From positions 112,902,001 to 112,966,000 of the forward strand of contig NC_042998.1 of NCBI RefSeq assembly GCF_006345805.1: a stretch of DNA of 64,000 nucleotides, given 5' to 3'. Source of the DNA: Octopus sinensis (Eukaryota). The notes under the pieces were generated by a model. It saw nothing but the letters and a program-made list of their open reading frames with translations. It was not told the DNA's origin and ran no database searches. Position numbers and translations under genes: made by a program. Shown in pieces: positions 13,201-25,344 of the stretch; position 1 is the stretch's first letter, and the number at the start of each line of letters is the position of its first letter.

Positions 13201-16200
13201 ATTGTAGAAAATGCAAGAGAGTATATTTTAGATTAAAAATGAACTGTTTATCTTAATTTTGAAAAATAAAAGAAGTACAAAAAACCCACATATATACATA
13301 CACACAAACTGCATATATACATGCACACAAACACACACACACATGCACACACACACACACGCACGCACACGCGCACACACACACACACACACATATATAT
13401 ATGTGTATACATATATATATGTGTACATATATACACACACATGTTTATGAATTTGTGTTGCATGATTCTTGATGTGAAGTTGTGTGTTGAATAGATATTG
13501 TTGTAGTTCATTTATTTATTTATTTTTCTTCCAATTAACCACATGCACTATATATTCGTTCTTCACTCATTTATTACTGTTCTTATTTTAACTCATATCC
13601 ATTGTCCAGAAATCTTTTGTCATTCCTGTGTGACCTTCTCAGCGACACTTTCCATCTTCGTGAGTGCTCCTGTTCCACTTATTCCATTCTGTTCTTATAT
13701 GATGTGTATCCTTATATGCACATGTGTCTGTGTTTGTGTGCATATAAGTCACTGTTCTGAGTAGCATTACGACCCGCTCCCCAGCCCTGTCCCCTACCCA
13801 GTTGCCATTGCTGCTGCCCTTGAACCCGACTTTTTGTACCGTTCTTGTAACTTACTGTGTTTGTATGTTCGCCCATGCTGCTGCCATCGTGGTCAAACAC
13901 ACAAGCACAGTGAGTTACAATGGTACAAAAAATCGAGTTCAAGGGCAGCAGCAGCAGCGCTCAACAGGGCAGGGGACAGGCCTGAGGAGAGGATCATAAT
14001 GCTACTAAGAACAATCACACACACACAAAACACAGATGCATGTGCATATAAGGATACACATCATAGAAGAACAGAATAGAATAAGCAGAGCAAGAGCACA
14101 CACAATATGGAAAGCGTCACTGAGGAGGTCACAGACGTGTGATGGAAGATTTTTGGACAATAGACATGAGTTAGAATAAGAACAATAATAGACGAGTGAA
14201 GAACAAATATATAGTGTGTGTATTTATTTGAGAAAAAAATGACCATCCCAAAATACAATATATATATATATATACACATACACACATGCACTCTGTGGAG
14301 TGGTTGATGTTAGGAAGGGCATCCTGCTATAAGAAGCATGCCAAAACAGACACAGACATCTGGTGCAGTCTTCTACCAAGCCAGCTCCTGTCAAATCATC
14401 CAGCCCATGCCAGCATGGAATGATGAGGATGACGATATATGTATGACAGGTTTCTTTCAGTTTCCATCAACCAAATTCACCCATAAGGCTTTGGTCAACA
14501 TGGGGTTATAGTAAACAAGATGCCACTCAGTGGGACTGAACCCAAAACTATGTGGTTGGGAAGCAAACTTATATATTACTTACCTCTGTTGTTATCAGGT
14601 TCAACTGGTGTCAAAGCTGGAGAACACTCTTTAAAGGAAGATGGACTATGCTGAGACATTTTGCCACTTTTCGGAGGTGATGTTTTCATTTTACTACTGT
14701 CAACAGGAGTGAGTGGCCTCATAGAAAGACGACTAGAACCTTCAGCTCTAAAAATAGAAAAAGAAGTAAAAATAACTATATAATTAAAAAAATAAAGATT
14801 ATATTTTTTCATGACTGATGATTGTCATCACTGATCAGTATAAGATGTTATAAATATATTGCATAGAAAGTTGTGAAGTTGTTGCTTTTAATACTTTAAG
14901 TTGGCCATGTTTCAGGAAACTTCTAGTATATCTTTAGGGTAACCAATAACTTGTGAGTAGTATTTGGTAGATAGAAACTGGCTGGAAGCCTGTTGTATGT
15001 GTAAGTTTATATCTTTTGGCAATGTATATCAGTCAAGGATATAACACCAGTGAGAAAATACCCAAAACACTGCTTTATGAATAAAGTCTCTTGCGATATG
15101 CTGAGTTTCAAATACTGCTTTGCCATTCTTGTCATTAGAAACATAGTGAAATGGTTATTGGCACACTGAATATCTATAAGCAATGATGATGTTGTAAAAA
15201 GAATAGATACAATTTTTTTTTTTTAAATGGTTTCAGTCATGAACATTCCAACTTCCTATCCAAATAAAATGTTCTTTTTCATAAAATGTTACAATCATCA
15301 TTAAATGATGATGATGATTATGATGATGATCAATGAGGTTTGAATGGCTATGGAGGTCCAGTATAGTAAAATATGAATCCAAGGAGTCCATAGACAAAAA
15401 TTGATTGAGAACCACTGCGGTGAAGTCATTTATGTAGACACAAAATGAGGTAACAGGATAGGTCCTGAAATATATTTGAGCATGAATCATTTTTTGTTTT
15501 GTATTGGATAAATCTGGAGGAAAGAGATGTGCTCTTGGCCTTTGCCGGTCTTTGTGACTGGTGAAATTGATTCAGTTAACTTTCCTTTTGAACACTTGTA
15601 CATCAACAGTGGAACAAATATTTGTCACATCATCATCATCATTGTTTCGCGTCCGCTTTCCTTGTTAGCATGGGTTGGATGGTTCGACCGGGGTCTGGGA
15701 AGCCAGGAGGCTGCACCAGGCTCCAGTCTGATCTGGCAGTGTTTCTACAGCTGGATGCCCTTCCTAACGCCAACCACTCCGTGAGTGTAGTGGGTGCTTT
15801 TTACGTGCCACATATATATTTTTACGTGTCACATATATATTTTCTTTATTCGTTTACTTGTTTCAGTCATTTGACTGCAGCCATGCTGGAGTACCACCTT
15901 TAGTCAAACAAACCTAAGGACGTATTCTTTTGCCAATCCGCTAAGTCACAAGGGCAGAAACACACCAATATCAGTTGTCAAGCAATGGTGGGGAGACAAA
16001 CACTGACACACAAATAAATAAATACAGAAACACACACATACATACATACATACATCTATATACACAACAGGCTTCTTTCAGTTTCCATCTACCAAATCCA
16101 CTCACAAGGCTATATTAGAAGACACTTGCCCAAGGTGCCATGCAATGGGACTGAACCTGGAACCATGTGGCTGGTAAGCAAGCTTCTTACCACACAGCCA

Positions 16201-16304
16201 CCCCTGTGGCTACATCCTCAGTGTGTGTGTGCGCGCATGATCATATATTTACTGTGTATATGTATATATGACTAGATCATTGCTTTCATCACTCTCTGTA
16301 TATA

Positions 16305-16341
<37 letters not shown>

Positions 16342-19300
16342 ACACACACACTCTACCAGCTTATATTATAAAATATATATATTTCTTTACTACCCACAAG
16401 GGGCTAAACACAGAGAGGACAAACAAGGGCAGACAAACGGATCAAGTCGATTACGTCGACCTCAAGGCGTAACTGGTACTTAATTTATTGACCCCGAAAG
16501 GATGAATGGCAAAGTCAACCTCGGTGGAATTTGAACTCAGAACATAACGGCAGACGAAATACGGCTGCACATTTCACCCGGCGTGCTAACGTTTCTGCCA
16601 GCTCGCTGCCTTCAGCTTATATTATAAAATATATACTGGACAATATAATCCCTGGTGTGCAAAAAAACAAGTTGGTCATAGGAGGAAATTCTTTCATCAT
16701 AGGCTAGCTAGATCAGGACAGAAGTAGGGCTGGGGTGGGGAGTGCTAAACAATAACTAAATCCAATTAAAATCTCTTTAATGAGACTGTCACACTTACCT
16801 AGTTTTCTTCACTTGTATGGTGTTGGAGAGTTTTTCCAGTGTAACTGATCCGGAGGCATTATCAATAATAAGGACACACTCTTTTGGACATGTCCTTTTA
16901 TTTCCTTTATACACAGTGTGTGTCGTACCTGAACTCTGAAGACAGATGGAAAATAAATACCAATTTAAGTCATTTCTCAACACAATTTTTAAAAATTTTA
17001 TTTACTATTTTAAATCTCTTTTAACTTGCTTGCATGAGAGCGAGGTGATTTATTTACCATTGCCTACCATAAGCCATGAACCAAGCTAGAGTCTAATTCT
17101 ACTGTATCTTCTTTCTTTGCGGATATGTCCAAGTGTGTTCCTTCTGTTGTAGCTTTATTAGACAGTAGAAAGGTTAAGTAGGTGGCAGTCTCATGAATCC
17201 GTTAGTGAATGTAAACAATTAGAATAATTGTTTATTACAGCTGAGTGCACTTCCTACTAAAGACTAAATAGCCATGGAGTATGCTCAAAGTGAAATTTTT
17301 AACCAGTCACACAATCTAGAACAAAGGAGTTATATGTCTTGCTCAATACAATTTAAGCTTATGATCATGATGCCATTGGTCCAATGTCATAACTACCAGG
17401 CAAAAAGCCTTGCAGTATTTAGTTACTTAATATTCTTGAGTTCAAATCCTGCTGTGGTCAACTTTGCATTTCATCCCTCCGGGATCAATAAAACAAAGTA
17501 TCAGTCAAGTAGAAGGGTTGATTTTTTTTTTCATCTAACCAACTCAATCAAATAATTGATCTTATGTATATCTATAAAAAATTAATATTATTAAATGCGA
17601 TGATGGATTGGAAGGAACAAAACAAAAAATACCTTGTGGTATTTAGTTATGTCCCCTTTACGTCCTGAGCTCAAATTCTGCTGGGATACATTTACTTGAC
17701 CATCTTTCTGAGACTGATATAGTCAGCCAAACATCTCTCCAAAAATTAATTGATTTGTGCTAATGTTAGATATAAGCATAATTATTATAAATAAGGAATT
17801 GAAATGGTAATAAAAGAAGAAAATCAATGGTTACTGAATCAACAACAGATTCTAAACCATATATACATGTATATATAAATCTGTAGTACATTGAGAGAAA
17901 TTCCATAAATGGAATGCTTATTTGTAAAATTTATATATAAAATTTTAAAATTTGCAAGCTACATGAACTGTGTACATGGATATTAATGAACAATTCATAC
18001 ACACTCTCCCAACTACTTATATGTGAGGATAGTCTACTGGTGGTTTGATGTTCAAATTTCAGTTCGGCTGAATATAATTTTCTTTAGAAAACTGCTTACT
18101 ATTCATTTAGTGTACCATTCATATATGCTCTCCAAGCACTTTAAACATGTGCATAGTACATATGTGGTTTGCTGTTCAAATTTTAAACTGTTAGGTAAAT
18201 GGACATCCAGACACTTATCCACCTGTGTAGTCTCCCCATGGTTCAGCAATCAAATTTCAGCCCATTGTGCAAGTTTAATTTCCTTCAGAAAAACTGCTCA
18301 TTATTCATTTAGAGAAGTGGTAAGCTAGGGAGCTGCACTAGGTTCCAATCTGATTTGGCATGGTTACTATGGCTCTCGGAGCATCTACCTCCACTACTGA
18401 CTTGGTCACCTAGGTAACGGAAGCTATCAACTACTTCTAGTTTTCCCCTCCGGCATTTGATGGAGTCAATTTTCTGTACATTTTTAGTGTTAATTGTACC
18501 TGTACATCTTCTACACACACAAACTATTTTCCCTGTTAACCTTCCCCTGATATTGCTGCACCTCTTATATATCTGTAGCTCACAGTGGGTACATCTTATG
18601 CAGTTTCTACTTACACCTTTTCTACAGATCGAACAGAGCCATCTACCTGAAGGGATTTGCGATTTGGTTTTTTGGCTCTAAAGCCTCTAAAAACAGACCT
18701 AGAGAACTAAAAGTTTCATGTTGTAGCTTAGACAATGAGCTTTCCGAAAAGGTGTAGCATGCCAAGATCAGATGACGATTAAGGTGTATGCAAATAATTA
18801 AATGAACAAATGAAATTAAACATTAGTTTTTCAGTCAACATACACTTTATTTACTGTACAAAAAGTATTAAATGAATCAAAAAGATATAGTATAGCATAA
18901 ATATCATGTCAAGATCAGATGATGATCAAGATGTACTACTCTGGCTGGGCCTTCTCCATCACCTTAATGTGATGCCTGTTGCCCTTCATAAACATCAGCC
19001 TCTCAAGTTATCATCTGACAGGGTGGCTCTCTTGGCCCTCAAAATATCTTTGCCTAAAGAGAATAGGCGCAGCATTGAATGAGATGGAGGTGTTAGGTGA
19101 ACAGGTCGATTAAGGCCTGCTCGCCCAAAAAGTCAGGACCCCCTTAGAGACAGCCTCCAGCCAGATCCTCACCAAGTTCTGCGCCTTGGATTTCAGAGAC
19201 CTGTGACCCCTGCTCTTCAAGAACCAGGTGATGTTGCTGAAGAAATCACTGGTGGTGCTGTTGCCCTCCTCACTGGTCTCCATGGCATTCGTTACCCAGC

Positions 19301-19944
19301 TAACCTGGCTGTTATTATACTGCTCCTGCCAAAACAGGTGAAAGTTAGCGGAACTAAATTTAGCAGAAGCTAACTGGTCCGCTAACAGCTTTCAAAGTTA
19401 GCGGAAATGCTAATCAGCTAAATGAAAAGTTAGCTTTGCTAATTAGCTGTTAGTGGATTAGTGGAAATGCCCCCCCCCCCACTGTATATATATATGTGTA
19501 TACATAGAATGAAATTAAAGATAAATATATATAACGATGATGATGATGATGATATATATATACATATATTTAATGAAATTCAAGAAATGACAAGGGAGGA
19601 ATTATGCAATCAACCTTATTAGCTTACAGGTGTTTCTGCTATAAGATGCAGTGCACCAAGATTTGACTGCTTGTGCATCACTTGTAACTTCCTCAGAGCT
19701 ATATATTTTTTTAGAAGCTCCAAGGAGCAATAAGGTGATGCATAAGTACTCACCTCTGAATGCACTGCATCTTATAGCAGAAACAGCTAACAAGGCTGAT
19801 TATGTAATTCCTGTTTCTTTGCCATTTCTTTAATTTCATGTAATCACATAACATTTTTCTGAAGCATATGCATATTAAGTTCTAACAGGTTATGAGTATT
19901 GTCGAAGCAAAATCATTATATACATACATATGTGATGATATATA

Positions 19945-19981
<37 letters not shown>

Positions 19982-21952
19982 TCTTAATATTAATAATGAT
20001 GCGCACTCTTAACCTTTCGGGTTTCCTTTTCTTCTACCTTACTGTCTCTCCCTCTCTCTCTCTCTCTCTCTCATTCTTCATTCTTTCTGGTTTTCTCTAC
20101 AATCATTCCCTTTTTTTCTCTCCCTTTCTCTTGCTCCTCCTCCTCCCTCCCATCATTGATCCATGACGAGCTCTGCTACTGTCTTTCTGACCTGGCTTCC
20201 TTTAAGTGTGGATGGCTTTCCTGTCTCTCTCTTGCCGTCCTCAAAACCGTTCATAATATTTTTTCGTTCATTCTGGCTTAACAGCTCTCAATGTTTGTGT
20301 TACTGTTATTCTCCTTGTCCTGTCCTTTACTGTTTATATTTTGTACTGTCTTTACTGCCCTGTTTTTTGTTACCATTTTTACCTCTCCGCCAAAAAATCT
20401 CAAATTTTATTTAATTTGCTTTTCGCGGGAAGGAATGTTTCATTAAAGTCGTGTCTCACCTTGACCTTCGAAACACGGAGTAGATGAAACAAAGGCGACT
20501 GAAGAAGGGGAATTTTCCTTGTATTGTATGTCCTGTACTCTATTTTATCGTTGTTTAAGAAAATGTCCATTTCCTTGGTTTTGTGTTTATGTTTTCGTTT
20601 CTCATTGTGTTCGACGTTTTTTTTGGTGTCCTGTACCCATATATGCATGTATATATACATGTAGAGGTAGGTACGTACATATATGTATGTATATATGCAT
20701 ATGTTTTATTTTATTTATTGATTTATTATATATATATATATATTATCATCATCATCGTTTAACGTCTGCTTTCCATGCTAGCATGGGTTGGATGATTTGA
20801 TTGAGGGCTGGTGAACTAGATGGCTGCACCAGGCTCCAATCTTGATCTGGCAGAGTTTCTACAGCTGGATGCCCTTCCTAACGCCAGGATTGATATATGA
20901 TATGTATATATAAATATATTTATATATATATATATGATGTACAGAAAACAGATTACATCACATGTCAAGGGGAAAAACCAGAAGTAGTTAATAGCTTCCA
21001 CTACCCAGGCGACCAAGTCTGTAGTGAGGGTAGCTGCTCTGAGAGTGAAGCAACTAGAGTAAGAATAGCCTGGGCAAAGTTCAGGGAGCTCCTACCTTCT
21101 GTTGACAGCAAAAGGTCTCTTGCTCAGGGTGAAAGGTAGACTGTAAGATGCATGTGTGCGAACTGACATGCTACACGGCAGTGAAACATGGACCATGCAT
21201 GCTGAGGACATGCGTAGGCTTGAAAGAAATGAAGCTAGTATGATCCGCTGGATGTGTAATGTAATGTGCATACATGACAGAGTGTAAGTGCCCTGAGAGA
21301 AAAGTTGGGCATAAGAAGCATCAAATGTGGTGTGCAAGAGAGGCGACTGTGCTAGTATGGTTATGTGTTACATATGGATGAAGACAGCTGCGTGAGAAAG
21401 TGCCACTCACTAACTGTAGAAGGAACCTGTGGAAGTAGACCCAGGAAGACATGGGACAAGGTAGTGAAGCATGGCCGTCAAATATTGGGCCTCACAGAGG
21501 CAATGACAGGAGACCAGGACCTTTGGAGATATGCTATGACTGAGATGACCTGGCAACAAAAGTGAGATCGCAGCCACACATGTGCGGCCCTGTTAAGAAT
21601 ACCCCTGATGCATCAGGCAATATATGCTTGAGAAGACCTGTATGCTTGAGTCAAGTAAAACCAATATTGTAGTTGTGGCCAGTTCCCCCTGACTGGATCC
21701 CATGCTGGTGGCACATAAAAAACACTATCCAAACATGATCAAAGCCAGGCCCGCCTGACCAGCTCCTGTGCCAGTGGCACATAAAAAGCACCCACTACAC
21801 TCTCAGAGTGGTTGGCATCAGGACGAGCATCGAGCTGTAGAAACTTTGCCAGATCAGATTGGAGCCTGGTGCAGCCGCTAGCTCTCCAGACCTCAGTCAA
21901 ACCGTCCAACCCATGCCAGCATGGAAAACGGATGTTAAACGATGATGATGAT

Positions 21953-22039
<87 letters not shown>

Positions 22040-22348
22040 ATATATATATATATATAATATATATATATATATATGATGATATATATATATATATATATAG
22101 TTGGCGTTAGGAAGGGCATCCAGCTGTAGAAACACTGCCAGATCAGACTGGGCCTGGTGCAGCCTTCTGGCTTCCCAGAACCCAGTTGAACCATCCAACC
22201 CATGCTAGCATGGAAAGCGGATGTTAAACGATGATGATGATGATAATGATGATATATGTTTGTGTGTATATATATGATGATAATGATATATATATATATA
22301 TAATGATGATGTGTATGTATACATGTGATGATATATATATAAAAAGCT

Positions 22349-22386
<38 letters not shown>

Positions 22387-25291
22387 GTAAATCCTTGAGT
22401 ATAATCTGCATTTTTTTCCCAAAATTTAAAGGTCAAAATCCTTAGTGCGTACTATATACGAGGTTAAAAATGAAAAATATTTCCTAAACAATGTCCGAGT
22501 CTCTATTTGCTGTTCAGCAATGTTTATGCAGACACCTTTTGTGATGTTGGGCGCAAAAATACCTTCAGCTAAGCCTGAAAGCAATGAAGTCATAAAAGAA
22601 TCATCCATAACTTGCAGTAAGCAACATTTATTAAACGTTATAACTGTTATTTCTTTATTTTCTGCCAACAAAATGCACAAAAAAGCTACACGTTAGCATT
22701 ATGTTATATATACAATAATAATAAAGGACACTACAGTATACATTTTTACAAACCAAGGACGTTATATAGACCTCCTTGACTCAAGTTAGAGAAGGGGTGC
22801 GTATTATACACAATGTTTAGATTTTTCAAAGGTACAGCCCCATAAAAATCCCCTGCGTATTATACTCAAGGGCGGACTATACTCGAGGATTTATGGTATA
22901 TACATGATGATGATGAGTGAGGCAATTACAACTACAACTGTACTGAATAGAAAAAATTATTAGCTGAGTTATTAATTCTGATTAAGAAAAGCAAGAAAGA
23001 CAATTCCTGGAATTAAATTTAATTAAAGACAGAATGCAGTGTGGTAGTTAGCCTGATTTTTTGCAATACAATAATCCTAACTTACCTCAATATGTGGCAC
23101 AGTTATTGTAACTTGGTTTTTCTCACCAACTTCTAAAGCAGCTTCTTTTGTAACATCAACCGATGCTGGTTTAAAGTCATCTAAGATAATCAATAGAAAA
23201 TTAAAATTACCTGACAAGCTGATAGACGATTTCATTTATATTAGTCATGTTTTAAGAAATATTATCTTCACTGAATAAGCAGGTTCTTTTAGGTATTATT
23301 TATGGCTTTTTCGGTACCTCTAACATTTTGGAGTCCCCACACTTCTTGGGAACAGGTAAGGGTAAGGGAGGAAGAAACTACATCTTATTTTGTCTTCACC
23401 TAGCTGAATGCTTGCAATAGAGGGGCTCAGCAAAAGGCACCTGTGGGCCTGTTGACAATGTTGAACTGAGCAAAAAATGGTCACAGTCCAGTCCATGGGC
23501 TTGAACAGCAGGACTAAACTGAGAAGAAATATGTCGTGAAGCAAACTTCTCAAACACAAAACCATACAAGGACCAATATTAGTGGGTGTATTATATTATA
23601 CTAACATTATAGTATATATACATTAACATATTATAGTACAAATATTCAAAAGTTAAATATAAAGTTCATAATGTATTATTTAAGAACACAATGGCAATAA
23701 AAAGCTAACAAGTTTAAATTAGTAAGCTTTTTTAACCGTTTCATGGCTATATTCCTAATGAAATACACAATCTATGTATTTCAGTAAATTTTTAACATAA
23801 TCATGAACTTGGAAAGATTTACTAAAATAACTTTTTTATTATTAAGCTAATATTGGGAACATGTCTTAAAAGACTTTACATAAATTATGATGGAAATTTT
23901 AAGTTTAAAATAAATACATTGATTTGCTGTAAATGACTGCAGTTGATCATTTGCTAGGAATGTCCTACATTTGTTTGTTTAAATTTCTTATTGCCAAAAT
24001 ATTTTTATTGATATCATTCATTAATTTGATAATTTACACAGCAATGAACTACACAAGCACTCGTAAACGATCTCATACAATCACTTTCCTAAACACGATA
24101 TTTTTATGAATTACAACTCCAACTACTCCCTAACATTAATCAGTTGGTTGTAGGCACAACTCAATAAAAAGTGACCCTGCTCGATCTGTAGAAAAAGCAT
24201 AGGTAGAAACTCTGTAAGATGTACCCAGTGTAAGCTATGGACACATAAGAGGTGTAGCAATATCAAAGGAAGGCTAACTGGGAAGATAGAGAACAACTTC
24301 TGCCACATTCCAGGAAGAAAAACTACAAGCAGTTGATAGCTTCACCAGATCAGATTGGAGCCTGGTGCAGCCATCTGGTTCACCAATCCTCAGTCAAATC
24401 GTCCAACCCATGCTAGCATGGAAAGCGGATGTTAAACGGTGATGATGATTTATCAGTTGACGATTCATTTCTTTGCTACAGTTCTGCGCTACACTTTTTT
24501 TCTAGTCAAACATGAAAACAGTGACTATGAACCTTCACAGGGTGTCCGAGATTGGGGAACAGTAACCTGGCCCAAAAGCTTGTTCAATGGAATCCACTAC
24601 AGGACTAATGGATTTAAACTGAGAGACGGAAACAGTTTACTACCCATGTAAACCAATACAGGATATGATCACAAAATGCAAAGAGCCAGAATAAATAATG
24701 CAAGGCATCTGGTATGATGTTCTTTCAGTTCCGAAAGAACAAAAAAGCAAGGTCTCTTAGCACATGGAGAGTGAGACCTATCTACCTGGTGAAGACCAGC
24801 GTGAAGAAACAGGAGCTGGCTACATCTTTTGCAAGGGGCAAAAGCTATGAAGATCAGCATGGCTACGGTGTTGCCTTTGCCATCAAGAGCCAACCAGTCA
24901 GAATGCACGGTGAGGTAAGCTATCGGATGCTCTAATGATTCTGCCAATTCATCACTCAGGCAATCTGTTGGAAATAGGAGCTAAATTTTCCTTAAACCAC
25001 TTATTACAACTTTAAATAAAGAAAATTACATCTGACTGACGGGTACGACAGATACTCCTTTCATGATGGGTTTGCTCTTTCATTGTTGATTTGTGCTAAT
25101 TAGCCATAACTGATTGTTACCACAAGGTTTCCAGTTCTAACACAGCGATTTTTGTGTGCGCGTGAGCAGACAGACAGACAGACAGATAGGTAGATAGATA
25201 GATAGATAGATACGGCCGGTCTACCAGGTTACCTTTAATTTCACGTCCATAAAGCGCTTAGCTTTACAGCGTTTCTTCAGACCCTAGGCCT

Positions 25292-25344
<53 letters not shown>

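Noticed and set aside
16795-16983. Track ORF beginning MLRNDL as a stand-alone gene (likewise 14576-14812 and 7790-8020)
   Set aside because: These are EAF exons read through intron flanks. The LRNDL resemblance to the EAF C-terminus lies in intron sequence and is most likely coincidental.
24669-24947. Small ORFs in EAF intron 1
   Set aside because: [10 protein letters not shown] and STWRVR resemble a decayed LINE endonuclease N-terminus, with no splice support.
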